Shown here: one piece after another, positions 17,437 to 27,279 of the stretch
How positions within the stretch are numbered: the stretch's first letter is position 1
Layout: every line of letters begins with the position of its first letter
Virus record (IMG/VR): IMGVR_UViG_3300029124_000021
Strand: one strand, 5' to 3'
Length of the DNA stretch: 34,434 nt
DNA from: a virus
Notes under the pieces: model-generated
Databases searched by the model: none
The model's input: only the letters and a program-made list of their open reading frames with translations
What the model was told of the DNA's origin: nothing
Translations under genes and position numbers: made by a program

Positions 17437-18344
17437 TTAAAATTAATGACCAAATTATAGAAGTTGTGCGTGATGGAGTTACTTGGCAAGGTGCAAAAGA
17501 CACAGTGGCAAGAACTTTAAGTTTTTCTATCGTTTATCAACCACTTGATGAAAATTTCCCAAAATATAAAATCAAAATTGGAGATAAAGTCACATATATT
17601 GAGAACAACAAGACATATTTTTACGGATATATTGAAAGCATAAGCTATGCAACAGATAACGGCACACTCGAAATTAGTTGTTGTGATATTATGAAACGAT
17701 TATTAAATTCAAAGTGCGTAGGGCGTTTCAGAGGTACTCTTAAACAACTTGCAGACAAAATATGCGGGCTTTTCTATCTCAAAAACGGAATTACAAGTAA
17801 CAACACACATGTTCATAATATCGTTTCAACAGGAGATATGAGCTATTACGAAATCCTGAAAAATGCTTGCGATGTTATGTTTGAAAGATATACGCTATAC
17901 CTAGATGGATTAACCCTTAAACTTGCAGAGCATAACTCTTTTGCAACATTCACAATCGGTCAGAACATTCGTTCTTCGTCTTTTTCGCAAGATATGTCAG
18001 AAGTCGTAAACAAAGTTTTAATAATTGATAGCAAGGGGAAATTGTTAAGCTCCGTTCAAGACAGTGCAAGCATTAATCAATTCGGCTTGTTTCAAACGGT
18101 TTATACGTATGATAAAGATAGTAAAAACAATCTTGTAGATGCAAAAAAAGAATTAAAAACTATCAAAAATGAGGGTTCAATCGTTGTAAATAACGATAAT
18201 AACTGTATTAGCGGGCGGTTTATAAAAGTTTATGAGCCGATGAATAATTTCAACGGTTTATTTGAAATTGTATCGGATAGTCATACTATTGCAAATGATA
18301 GTGTTATGACACTGGGTATTGAACTTGTGGAGACGGCAAAATGA
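17433..18344 (+). CDS. XkdQ-like tail protein (baseplate hub region)
   Basis: 303 aa with overlapping starts; synteny. Confidence 0.45.
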   Translation: MIKINDQIIEVVRDGVTWQGAKDTVARTLSFSIVYQPLDENFPKYKIKIGDKVTYIENNKTYFYGYIESISYATDNGTLEISCCDIMKRLLNSKCVGRFRGTLKQLADKICGLFYLKNGITSNNTHVHNIVSTGDMSYYEILKNACDVMFERYTLYLDGLTLKLAEHNSFATFTIGQNIRSSSFSQDMSEVVNKVLIIDSKGKLLSSVQDSASINQFGLFQTVYTYDKDSKNNLVDAKKELKTIKNEGSIVVNNDNNCISGRFIKVYEPMNNFNGLFEIVSDSHTIANDSVMTLGIELVETAK

Positions 18345-18772
18345 GCACAGCGGGGAAATTTTGGAAGGAAGTAGGTAAAAAAGCAAAGGCAACAAATCCC
18401 GATATGGTGGCATTGTGTCAGGTTTTATCCTTAGAGCCTTTTGCTTTTGAATACAGGGGCATAGATATAAGCATTCAAAACGGTGATAACATCTTTATTG
18501 ACCCGCTTTTGTTACAAGCAAATATCGGGCTTGATGTCGGAAGCTTAGACAGTGCGCAAAATATCAATCCTGCTTTATGGAAAGCTAATAACACGCCTAC
18601 CGGAACAGTTGAAATATCAGGAACTCAAAAGCAGTTCTTGACGGATTTTTATAACTTCTTTAAGGAATGGCAAAACACATATATTCTTGCCGTTGGGGAT
18701 TATGTAACCGTTCAAAAACTTGGCAATAATACATATCTTGTAATAAGAAAGGTGGTAGAAATTGAGCAGTAA
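18341..18772 (+). CDS. XkdR-position baseplate protein
   Basis: Synteny only. Confidence 0.4.
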   Translation: MSTAGKFWKEVGKKAKATNPDMVALCQVLSLEPFAFEYRGIDISIQNGDNIFIDPLLLQANIGLDVGSLDSAQNINPALWKANNTPTGTVEISGTQKQFLTDFYNFFKEWQNTYILAVGDYVTVQKLGNNTYLVIRKVVEIEQ

Positions 18773-19214
18773 TTATCCATTTATCCCGACTACATTAACC
18801 GATATTGAGGAAGTCAAAACAGATATTGAATTACCAGTTTTTAAAGAGCTTGCGTTTGATTTTCAAACAAATCAACTAAAAACGCAAGGCGGACAATATT
18901 ATTATGTTGAGAAAAACGAGGCAATTAAGATATGGATTTACTTTGCTTTGCTCATTCCACGATTTACTTATGTTGCATATTCTACTGATTATGGACAAGA
19001 GATTTACACCCTCATTGGGCGTTATTTGTCAGGCGAACTCTTAAAATCTGAATTAAAACGTTTTATTGAAGAGGCTTTATTGTGTAATCCGTATATCACA
19101 AGTCTTTCAGACTTCGATATTACACGCACAGGCTCAAAAGTAATTTGCAACTTCTCTGTAAATACGGTTTATGGAAACGTTGCACAGGCTTACGAATACT
19201 TACAGACAATTTAA
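18762..19214 (+). CDS. Baseplate wedge protein (gpW/gp25-like, XkdS position)
   Basis: Size, position before baseplate J, and a KIWIYFALLIPRFTYVAYSTDYG core. Confidence 0.5.
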   Translation: MSSNYPFIPTTLTDIEEVKTDIELPVFKELAFDFQTNQLKTQGGQYYYVEKNEAIKIWIYFALLIPRFTYVAYSTDYGQEIYTLIGRYLSGELLKSELKRFIEEALLCNPYITSLSDFDITRTGSKVICNFSVNTVYGNVAQAYEYLQTI

Positions 19215-19284
19215 AAAAAGTTTGTCAAGTCCATGAAAACATGGATATGTTTTTGCCCGTTTCAACAGTTGACATAATCAAAGT

Positions 19285-20325
19285 ATGGGAACACAGGAAG
19301 ATATACAAGAACGGATAAATAACAGGCTTACAATGCCTGCAAACCTCTTAGAGGGTGGATTTTCACAACAGATAATCGGCTCAGTAGCTTATGAGCTTGC
19401 AAATATTCAAGACACCGAATTAAACAACATCGTAAACAGATGCTTTGTAAAAACTGCAACAGGTGATGATTTGGATAATGTCGGCAGTGATTATGGGTTG
19501 CCACGTAGGGAAGATGTCGCCGCAAGTGTTTATCTTGAAATTGAGGGCGTACAAGGAGCAGTAATTAACCAAAATGTCAAAGTTACCTATAATAACCTTG
19601 TTTACACTGTTCAAGAATACAAAATTATTAATTCATCAGGTGTTACAAGTGTTAAAGCAAAATGTGAAACACTCGGCACAATAGGCAACGTGCCTGAAAA
19701 TACGATTACAGAATTTGTAACAGATTATGAGGGATTATCAACGGTAACAAACCCAGAACCCGCTTATGACGGATTTGACAGGGAAGATGATGAAACGTAC
19801 AGACAAAGGATACTTGATTATTTGGCAGAAGATGCCACAAACGCAAACAAAGCACAATATGAAAAATGGGCAAGAGAAGTTGAGGGCGTACAAAAAGCCG
19901 TTATCGAAAGTGCAGAAGTAATGGGAGCGGGCAACGTTGGTGTTTATCTATCTGCAATAGGTGATGTTGATGTTTCAGAAGATTTAAAGAAAAAAGTACA
20001 TGACCATATTGACGCAGTTCAACCGATTAATGCGACTGTAATTGTAAACTCTTTGACTTATGTCAAAATCAATGTTGTTGCAAATGTGGTATTGAAAAAC
20101 GGTTACACTGAAATAGATGTAAAAGACGAGTTGACAAAGAAGCTTAAAGCATACTTGCCGACAGTTGACAACTCCGTTTCATACTTTAATATTAACAATT
20201 TGATATTTGACTGTGTCGGGGTTGAAGATGTCACAAGCTACACTTTAAACGGCGGAACAAATTCTATTACAATCACTGATACAGAATATCCGGTTACTGG
20301 TGAGGTAATTATCAATGAGTCTTAG
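19285..20325 (+). CDS. Baseplate J-like protein (XkdT position)
   Basis: 346 aa; synteny. Confidence 0.6.
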   Translation: MGTQEDIQERINNRLTMPANLLEGGFSQQIIGSVAYELANIQDTELNNIVNRCFVKTATGDDLDNVGSDYGLPRREDVAASVYLEIEGVQGAVINQNVKVTYNNLVYTVQEYKIINSSGVTSVKAKCETLGTIGNVPENTITEFVTDYEGLSTVTNPEPAYDGFDREDDETYRQRILDYLAEDATNANKAQYEKWAREVEGVQKAVIESAEVMGAGNVGVYLSAIGDVDVSEDLKKKVHDHIDAVQPINATVIVNSLTYVKINVVANVVLKNGYTEIDVKDELTKKLKAYLPTVDNSVSYFNINNLIFDCVGVEDVTSYTLNGGTNSITITDTEYPVTGEVIINES

Positions 20326-20800
20326 CGATAACTTACCAAAAGAGATTACAAGCATTTTGGGGTTAAAAGATGTATTACTTGCTATTGACCCTGAAATCCA
20401 GCTTGTCAGAGATGATATTTCACAAATCATTAAAGAATTATACGTAAAAACTACGGAATATTTTATTGAACGTTGGGAAGCAGATTTTTCATTGTCTTAT
20501 GACCCATCATTAACTTTACAACAGCGTAGACAAAGGATTTTGAACAAATTAGCAAGAAAAAAGACTTTAACGTGGCAAAATCTTGAATTGCTTATAAGAA
20601 ACAATATCGACAATCCGCAATTTTATATTTCTAATCATTCATCAGAATACCATTTTACGATTATGGTACAAACAGAGAACTATAAAGAAATGCAAAAAGC
20701 CTTAGATATCGCAAAGCCTGCTTATTTAACGTTTGACATTGTAGTTACTGAATATTTTAAACGTTGCGGAACGTTTGCATGCGGTACAAATCCATTATAA
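20315..20800 (+). CDS. XkdU / gpI-like tail protein
   Basis: 161 aa overlapping the baseplate J stop; position before the fibre gene. Confidence 0.5.
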   Translation: MSLSDNLPKEITSILGLKDVLLAIDPEIQLVRDDISQIIKELYVKTTEYFIERWEADFSLSYDPSLTLQQRRQRILNKLARKKTLTWQNLELLIRNNIDNPQFYISNHSSEYHFTIMVQTENYKEMQKALDIAKPAYLTFDIVVTEYFKRCGTFACGTNPL

Positions 20801-20850
20801 TGCCCGATTGAAAACTCTTTATGATGAAGATAACAAGGAGATTTTAATAA

Positions 20851-22680
20851 ATGGCTTACGTTAAAAATACTTGGGTAGACCAAAAAGTACAAAGACCAAA
20901 AACTTATAATTTTACGACAAATGACGACGGTTCGACAACTTTAATTGATGCTTTTGGAGATGTTGAGGAATTAGGAACACCAGTTAATGCGGATAACATG
21001 AACCATATTGAAGATGGTTTAGCTAATGTTGGGATATGGACTTATTCTGCAACCGTAGAATATAACAAAGATGATGCGGTTATTAGAATTGTTAATGATG
21101 AGTTTGTTTTATACAAATCTAAACAAGACGAAAATAAAGGTAACGCTTTAACAAATACAGATTACTGGGAAGAAGTAAAGCTAGGTGGTTCAGGTCTTGA
21201 AGTTTGTGATATTGGTATGTCTTTGTTTGTTGATGAAACCAAAGGGTTAAGACGCAGACTTAACGGGCAGATTGTTGATATTAATACTAATACACAAGGC
21301 TTTTTGACTCGCTTAAAACAGATTACAACGCTTTATCCTAGCTTGTTGTGTACAGAAGAAGAGTGGCAAGCTATTAAGAGTGCTAGTAAATTAGGACAAT
21401 GTGGTAAGTTTGTATTTAATTATAGCGGTGCTGAAATTGTTTCGGTGCGTATTCCATCTGTTGTTAACATCAATGGCTTAGCCGATATGGCAAATGCAGG
21501 CTTGATTAAAGATGAAAGTTTGCCGAATATTGTAGGAACTGTTGGAAATATTTCCTTTGTAAATAATGCAAGGAATTTTACAGGCTGTTTTTATCAAAAC
21601 GCTTATTATGGATATACTGGAGCTGGTACTCAATATCAAGGGCAAACATCTGGTATTGTAGACGTTGGAATCAAAGCTTCCCTCTCATCTTCAACCTATC
21701 AAGACAATGCACATGTACAACAAGAAGCAATTCAATATCCATACTTTATCCAAATTGCGACGGGGCAGGAAACAGAAAACAATATTGTAAATGATATTGA
21801 GTTAAACAACCCTTACAGCTTATTTGACCACAAATATTCAGACCACGAGTTAAATAATTTATCTTGGTTAAAATCAGAAGCACAGTGGAATGCTAAAACG
21901 GTTTATACTGATGCTTACGACAAATTATTGAAGGTTTATAACGGTACTGAAATAGTTGAGGGATTGTCTGTTAAATTATCAACAGAAACATATACCGACT
22001 ACGATTTTGTTTTGAATATATCTGATGAAACATTTAGGTTGCCGTTGAAAACTAAGCTTGCTAGTGGTAAGGCTATTGTTGGTAATGGTATGACATTGGG
22101 TTTAACAAATGGCACTGAGAACGGAGGCTTGGCTGGTTATTCTAATGGTAGTACTAATGCAAACATCGCTTACAAAGATACATACGGAGTAACAGTTGGA
22201 AATGCAATAACAGGAACAAATGTTACCGCTTCATTAGGCGTAACTACCGACCCGACAAAATCAGGTGTAGAACTATCCGACAGTGGATTATACCTGTACT
22301 TCTACGTAGGCGAAACAGTACAAAACGCTAACCTGATTGATGCCGGCAGAATTAATGAGCAACTATCAGGCTTGGTAGAAGTTGGTGGTAGTTTAGGCAT
22401 GCCATCAAATAAATATGTAAACTTAACACTAGGTGCTAGTGGTGATAGTTATACTGCTCCAGCTAATGGATGGTTACATCTAAAAGTTCTGAAATCAGTT
22501 GCAGGTTATTCTGCTTTTTATAGCTCAAGTGGTCTTAGTGCTGAAAACAGAACTACGATAAACACTTCAAACTGTAGTGTATGTATACCTTGTAAAAAAG
22601 GCGATGTAGTTACTTGTTACTATGATGGCACAAACGTCGATATAGTATTCACTTTTATCTATGCTGTAGGAGATATATAA
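20851..22680 (+). CDS. Tail fibre protein
   Basis: 609 aa with a G/S/T/N-rich C-terminal half; N-terminus MAYVKNTWVDQ is typical of XkdV-type fibres. Confidence 0.6.
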   Translation: MAYVKNTWVDQKVQRPKTYNFTTNDDGSTTLIDAFGDVEELGTPVNADNMNHIEDGLANVGIWTYSATVEYNKDDAVIRIVNDEFVLYKSKQDENKGNALTNTDYWEEVKLGGSGLEVCDIGMSLFVDETKGLRRRLNGQIVDINTNTQGFLTRLKQITTLYPSLLCTEEEWQAIKSASKLGQCGKFVFNYSGAEIVSVRIPSVVNINGLADMANAGLIKDESLPNIVGTVGNISFVNNARNFTGCFYQNAYYGYTGAGTQYQGQTSGIVDVGIKASLSSSTYQDNAHVQQEAIQYPYFIQIATGQETENNIVNDIELNNPYSLFDHKYSDHELNNLSWLKSEAQWNAKTVYTDAYDKLLKVYNGTEIVEGLSVKLSTETYTDYDFVLNISDETFRLPLKTKLASGKAIVGNGMTLGLTNGTENGGLAGYSNGSTNANIAYKDTYGVTVGNAITGTNVTASLGVTTDPTKSGVELSDSGLYLYFYVGETVQNANLIDAGRINEQLSGLVEVGGSLGMPSNKYVNLTLGASGDSYTAPANGWLHLKVLKSVAGYSAFYSSSGLSAENRTTINTSNCSVCIPCKKGDVVTCYYDGTNVDIVFTFIYAVGDI

Positions 22681-22681
22681 C

Positions 22682-23314
22682 ATGAGTAGATTAGCTTTTT
22701 ATAAAAAAGATGGGAAATACTACGCTAAAAATACTCCTATTGTTAAATATTGGAAATATAACGACACCACATTTACACGCCCTAATCTTACCGCTAATGG
22801 TACAATCGGGGGTGATAGTTTTGCAGTTGCAAGGTCTATCGCAGGGTATAACTCTAATTATGAAATTTGGAAAGCCTTCGACGGCGATATAGAAGCAAAA
22901 TACCAATCAGTTTCTAACACAAGTATAGCATGGATAACATTTTATAACCCAAAACCACTAAACGTTAAGAGTATAAGATATTATCAGGAATATGGTGAAC
23001 GCTACTATTATATCAGAAATATGACTATACAAGGTTCTAATGACAATACAAATTGGACTGATATAGGTACATACACTGCTACTGCTTGGATTGATAACTT
23101 TACGGTAGATATGAGTGGTAATACAGGGTTTTATAAATATCACAGGTTATATATAACAAATAGGAGCTACTACAATAATCAAAATGCCTATGTTATTTGT
23201 CGTGAGATAACAATGGTGGCTACACAAAGGAATAGCATAGATGAAGTTACTGCTGATGATGACTATGATTATACTACTGTTGAAAACCACTATCAAATAT
23301 TCAGAAAGGAGTAA
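22682..23314 (+). CDS. Discoidin (F5/8 type C)-like carbohydrate-binding domain protein, probable distal fibre/receptor-binding accessory
   Basis: IWKAFDGD...SIAWITFYNPKPLNVKSIRYY...NWTDIG resembles the AFDGDxxTxW core of discoidin domains. Confidence 0.5.
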   Translation: MSRLAFYKKDGKYYAKNTPIVKYWKYNDTTFTRPNLTANGTIGGDSFAVARSIAGYNSNYEIWKAFDGDIEAKYQSVSNTSIAWITFYNPKPLNVKSIRYYQEYGERYYYIRNMTIQGSNDNTNWTDIGTYTATAWIDNFTVDMSGNTGFYKYHRLYITNRSYYNNQNAYVICREITMVATQRNSIDEVTADDDYDYTTVENHYQIFRKE

Positions 23315-23316
23315 AA

Positions 23317-24042
23317 ATGTTTTATATAGAGCAAGATAACCAAATCAAATTATACAACATAGATAAACAAACTTTAGAAACAAATTTAAAATTTCAACCT
23401 CAATATCAAGGCTTGGAAATCAAAGAAGTACCAGAGGATTATACTATTGTTGATTTTAAACTCGTATCTTTACAAGAAGAACAAGAGATTGAACAACAGA
23501 AAGAAAGAGAACGTCTTGACATGCTTTTTATGACAGGTTCTGACGTAGAACGTGCGATATATAAGGTTAAAGGTATAGACTTTGACGACATCCTAACTAT
23601 GGTAAAAAACAACCCAGCTATCGATGCAAAAGCTTTAAAAATTGAGTTTAAAGCAAACAACTTCTACAGAGGAAATCCGTATATTTCACAGGTTGGTACA
23701 TTACTCGGCTTTACTTCTGAACAAATGGATAGGTTCTTTGATACAAAGGATTGGCACTATTTGACGAACTGTAATATCAAAGTAACTTTACGAGCTGATG
23801 AAAAGCCTGAAACAGAGCCAATAGTTACAATCAACGGAATAGAAACAAAAGAAACAACATTGTCTTATGGCTCAACTTGCACAATAAAGGTTGAATGTGA
23901 TGGATATAAAACATTACAACCAGAAGATTTCACTGTTACAGAAGATATGCACATTGAACTTCAACTAATAAAAGAAGAACAAGCAACCGATGTTTCAAAT
24001 GAAGTGGAAACAAAGGCAACTGACGAACCTAACGCTAACTAA
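23317..24042 (+). CDS. Hypothetical protein after the fibre genes (possible fibre assembly/XkdW position)
   Basis: Position and acidic C-terminal tail. Confidence 0.35.
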   Translation: MFYIEQDNQIKLYNIDKQTLETNLKFQPQYQGLEIKEVPEDYTIVDFKLVSLQEEQEIEQQKERERLDMLFMTGSDVERAIYKVKGIDFDDILTMVKNNPAIDAKALKIEFKANNFYRGNPYISQVGTLLGFTSEQMDRFFDTKDWHYLTNCNIKVTLRADEKPETEPIVTINGIETKETTLSYGSTCTIKVECDGYKTLQPEDFTVTEDMHIELQLIKEEQATDVSNEVETKATDEPNAN

Positions 24043-24213
24043 CATTACTCTTGACAACGGTAACAGGCTCGTAACAAGACAAACAGACGCTTACAAGCTG
24101 CAAAGCCTTTATAACAAACTCGGGCAATGGGTAAAATCAAAACTTAGGTACTATAAAGATAAACAAGTAATTAAAGAAATGAGAAGTAATAATATAAAAT
24201 GAAAGGGTAAAAG

Positions 24214-24453
24214 ATGAAAAAATTAGCAATTCTATTAGGTTTATTATTGGTCAGTAGTTCAGCTGTGTTTGCGGATGAAGTTATGCCTGCACAATCTGCA
24301 AAAAATAATCAAGCATATTTTACAGCCAATATTCAAAAACAACCACAAAATAGCAAACAAAAACAAGATATAAACAATCATTTTACCTTTTTTACAATCA
24401 ACGTACAAGTTAACGGAAAGATTGATAATTTTACCAATACTGACAAAGAGTAA
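24214..24453 (+). CDS. Small secreted protein (signal peptide MKKLAILLGLLLVSSSAVFA, Q/N-rich)
   Basis: Canonical Sec signal peptide; RBS aaagggtaaaag. Confidence 0.5.
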   Translation: MKKLAILLGLLLVSSSAVFADEVMPAQSAKNNQAYFTANIQKQPQNSKQKQDINNHFTFFTINVQVNGKIDNFTNTDKE

Positions 24454-24471
24454 AATAGGGGTAAAAGTGAT

Positions 24472-25032
24472 TTGGAGGTTTTAAAGATGACACAAATTCT
24501 TTTTAATACGGAATTTAAAGACATGAAAGGTTACAATTTAAACTATTGGCTTAAATTTAACCATAAAAGACTTATTGGGAGTGCCATTTTTACAAAAAAT
24601 AAGTCTGCAACATCAAAAGTAGTTCGTTGGGCAGAAGAAAAAAAATGCCCTGATAAAGGTTTTATCCCTTCTCACACCGGCTCAATCATTGAATATAACG
24701 ATAGATTATATCTATTCGATATGAAACCTATGAGAGCAAAAATTCAGCCGTTACTAACTTATTTACTGACTACAGATGATGAGTTTGCACTTGTTATAAG
24801 AGATTTTGACCTTGATACAAAAATGTTTTCAATAAATGTTGCAGAACATATCGGTGAATTTTATCCGTTTATGTCTGCTATTAGAAGTGTTTTTACAAAA
24901 AGACAATCAAAATGGACAAGACACTGTTCAGAATTGCATTTAAGAGAGTTACAAAAACAAGGGATATTAACAGAATTAAATCCTGAAATTACACCGGATG
25001 AGTTATTTCATAGTTTAACTCAAAAAAAATAA
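24472..25032 (+). CDS. Putative permuted papain-fold (YiiX/YaeF-type, NlpC/P60 superfamily) hydrolase
   Basis: PSHTGSIIEY (His68) and C-terminal WTRHCSELH (Cys152) in His-then-Cys order, as in permuted NlpC/P60 enzymes. Assignment is tentative. Confidence 0.45.
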   Translation: MEVLKMTQILFNTEFKDMKGYNLNYWLKFNHKRLIGSAIFTKNKSATSKVVRWAEEKKCPDKGFIPSHTGSIIEYNDRLYLFDMKPMRAKIQPLLTYLLTTDDEFALVIRDFDLDTKMFSINVAEHIGEFYPFMSAIRSVFTKRQSKWTRHCSELHLRELQKQGILTELNPEITPDELFHSLTQKK

Positions 25033-25332
25033 TTGGAATTAAAGAATAGCTGCGCTTTTCAAAAGGAAGGAGCAGTAATGCAAGAAATAAAAAGAATACT
25101 AAAAATGATGAATAGTGAAATTTTTTATAAAATTATAAAGATTTCGGGATTAGATGATCGGGAAAAAACGTTATTAACGGAATTTATTTTAAGAGAACAA
25201 AAACGGGATTATGTTTGTGAATTACTTCATGTTTCACGCTCAACATTCAGAGAAATAAAAAATCAAGCAATGCTGAAAGTCAAAATTGCATTAACTAACC
25301 TTTTAAATGAAAAAATTAATCATCTCTCATAA
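25033..25332 (+). CDS. Sigma-70 region-4-like HTH regulator (ArpU/RinA-type late-regulator candidate); likely start at M 25078
   Basis: LDDREKTLLTEFILREQKRDYVCELLHVSRSTFREIKNQAMLKVK fits a region-4 HTH. Confidence 0.55.
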   Translation: MELKNSCAFQKEGAVMQEIKRILKMMNSEIFYKIIKISGLDDREKTLLTEFILREQKRDYVCELLHVSRSTFREIKNQAMLKVKIALTNLLNEKINHLS

Positions 25333-25416
25333 TAAGTGAACCTTCTTATTAGTACAATCCTTTATACTTAACGGTATGGAGGATTTTTTTTTATTGGTCG
25401 GAGAAATGGAGACAAA

Positions 25417-25995
25417 ATGCAAATAAAAACAGAAGACGGAACAAGAAACGTTTCATCTGCCGGTGTTGGTGGCGCAGGTTTAGGTTTAGGCATTGCAGGA
25501 ACAGCATTAGGTTTACTTAATGGAGGTTTGGGAGTATTGGGGAACTGTCGACAAATAAATGGTTCAAGTGAATGTCAAGACACAAGACAGATTTCAGCAC
25601 TACAAGCTGAACTAGGGAAAGAAAAGGCTGAAAGATATGCCGATAATATAGGAATTGAAACCTATAAAGCAAGTGTTGACCGAGCAAAAGAAATTACATC
25701 AGAAGTTAATAACAATTACAAAATTTTTGCAAGTCAAATTTCTGACTTAGAAAAAAAGGTAGCAGTTGGTGAACAAAGAACTAGCGATAATTTCAACTTT
25801 ATGAATTATAAAGTTGACACAGTTAAAAAAGAACTTGAACAAGATATTAATTGCAAAACTAATAACTTGCGTGCTTATGTAGATGCAACATTTGTTCCGG
25901 GTAAATTGGTTATGCCATTGGATAACATCTGTCCAGAAGCTATGCAACGTTATAATTCTTGGACTGCTCCAACAAATACAACAACAGGGGGTTAA
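25417..25995 (+). CDS. Membrane protein with an N-terminal glycine-zipper TM segment and a Cys-containing coiled-coil domain (i-spanin-like or holin-associated candidate)
   Basis: GVGGAGLGLGIAGTALGLLNGGLGVLG, then heptad-rich sequence containing 4 Cys residues. Confidence 0.5.
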   Translation: MQIKTEDGTRNVSSAGVGGAGLGLGIAGTALGLLNGGLGVLGNCRQINGSSECQDTRQISALQAELGKEKAERYADNIGIETYKASVDRAKEITSEVNNNYKIFASQISDLEKKVAVGEQRTSDNFNFMNYKVDTVKKELEQDINCKTNNLRAYVDATFVPGKLVMPLDNICPEAMQRYNSWTAPTNTTTGG

Positions 25996-25999
25996 TTAA

Positions 26000-26422
26000 A
26001 TGTTTAAAAGTGATGATAGGGTCGGAAATATCGAACTTTTAGAACAAAAATTAAAACATTATGAGGAGCAATCCTCAATAAATGAAACAGGTTATTGGCA
26101 GAAATTATCTGAAATGTGTTCTAAATTAAGTTCCGACCAGCTTAATTATATTAATAACAACGAAAACGTTATTGATAAGAAAAATAAGATGATGGAAGCC
26201 TTTAATCTGTTTTTGTTTGAAAATTTCAAAAAAGATTTTGCGGAAATTCCAAATTGTCAAAAACTTTGTGATGATTATATCGATACAATTCAAGATACTA
26301 TCGCTAATTATAACAAACAGATCGCAAATACAATCGAAGAAAATAAAGAACTTAAAACCAAAATTGCTGAATTGGAAAGGAAAATAAAAAATAATGAGAA
26401 ATCTAATACAAAGAGAACTTGA
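26000..26422 (+). CDS. Hypothetical coiled-coil protein
   Basis: Very AT-rich ORF; C-terminal KELKTKIAELERKIKNNEK. Confidence 0.4.
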   Translation: MFKSDDRVGNIELLEQKLKHYEEQSSINETGYWQKLSEMCSKLSSDQLNYINNNENVIDKKNKMMEAFNLFLFENFKKDFAEIPNCQKLCDDYIDTIQDTIANYNKQIANTIEENKELKTKIAELERKIKNNEKSNTKRT

Positions 26423-26750
26423 TAAAGCCGAAGAATACTTGTTAAAAACTCTTTTTAATGATATTCAAAATCCACAAATAAGCAATAAAATTAAGTTTTT
26501 TATGATATCTAAAAATATTGATTTTGACACCTTTATAAATCATAAAATAATGATTTTTGAGGAATTTTCACAAGATTTTATGAAAGATAACGGTTATTAT
26601 GATGGTGAAAAATTAACAAAAGTTTTGTTATTAAAATTTCCTATATTAGAGGGTTTAGAACTCCCCGATATTAAACCAATAGATTTACTTAAAATATTAG
26701 ATAATTTTATAAATTTAAAACAAATAGGAAATTTTATTCAAAATTTTTAG
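26394..26750 (+). CDS. Hypothetical protein
   Basis: AT-rich ORF overlapping its neighbours. Confidence 0.35.
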   Translation: MRNLIQRELDKAEEYLLKTLFNDIQNPQISNKIKFFMISKNIDFDTFINHKIMIFEEFSQDFMKDNGYYDGEKLTKVLLLKFPILEGLELPDIKPIDLLKILDNFINLKQIGNFIQNF

Positions 26751-26752
26751 AG

Positions 26753-27214
26753 GTGAACATGAAAGAAAAAGCTTTAAATAAATACAAAGAACTGAAAAAA
26801 GATAATCCGAATATTGACAATGAACTTATAATGACAATTATTGAGCAAATGCCACAAGAAGCTATTTGTGTGTTTGACTATATGCTTTATGGTTATCATA
26901 TTGTTTCAAAAGAAATGTATGAAAAAGCAGTTGAGTGTCTTGTAAATCAGGACGACTCAAAAGGCCCAAAATGGAGCTTAACAGAAATCAAAAACAAGGT
27001 AAACATTGATTTTGATAACAAGGATTATACTTTGATGGATTATGCCTATACTCTGAATATGAAATATAGCGATATTGGCGATTTGATTAGCACAGATATG
27101 CTTATGAAGATTGCAAAACGTTATCTTGAAGATAAAGACTATTATGGAGACCCGTCAGAACGTGCATATTTTGATGCAAAAGAGCGAATAAAATATTTTG
27201 AAGAAAAAGACTAA
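26753..27214 (+). CDS. Hypothetical protein
   Basis: AT-rich ORF followed by a strong terminator. Confidence 0.4.
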   Translation: MNMKEKALNKYKELKKDNPNIDNELIMTIIEQMPQEAICVFDYMLYGYHIVSKEMYEKAVECLVNQDDSKGPKWSLTEIKNKVNIDFDNKDYTLMDYAYTLNMKYSDIGDLISTDMLMKIAKRYLEDKDYYGDPSERAYFDAKERIKYFEEKD

Positions 27215-27220
27215 CTCCTA

Positions 27221-27248
27221 CCGCCGCCAATAAAAACGGCGGTTTTTA
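27221..27248 (+). terminator. Rho-independent terminator (ccgccg-ccaataaaaa-cggcgg + ttttta)
   Basis: Perfect 6-bp GC stem plus a T-run after the 27214 stop. Confidence 0.65.
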
Positions 27249-27279
27249 TTATTGGTAACATAAAAGAGGTAATAAGGAA

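Noticed and set aside
23990-24202. 70-aa ORF overlapping the end of 23317..24042 as an XkdX-like small late protein
   Set aside because: Its start overlaps the upstream gene by ~50 nt in another frame and I cannot recognise the XkdX signature. A real small gene here is possible but unsupported.
25417-25995. Calling the glycine-zipper protein a holin outright
   Set aside because: At 192 aa with one N-terminal TM and a large soluble coiled coil, it does not fit common holin topologies. It is listed only as an i-spanin-like/holin-associated candidate.
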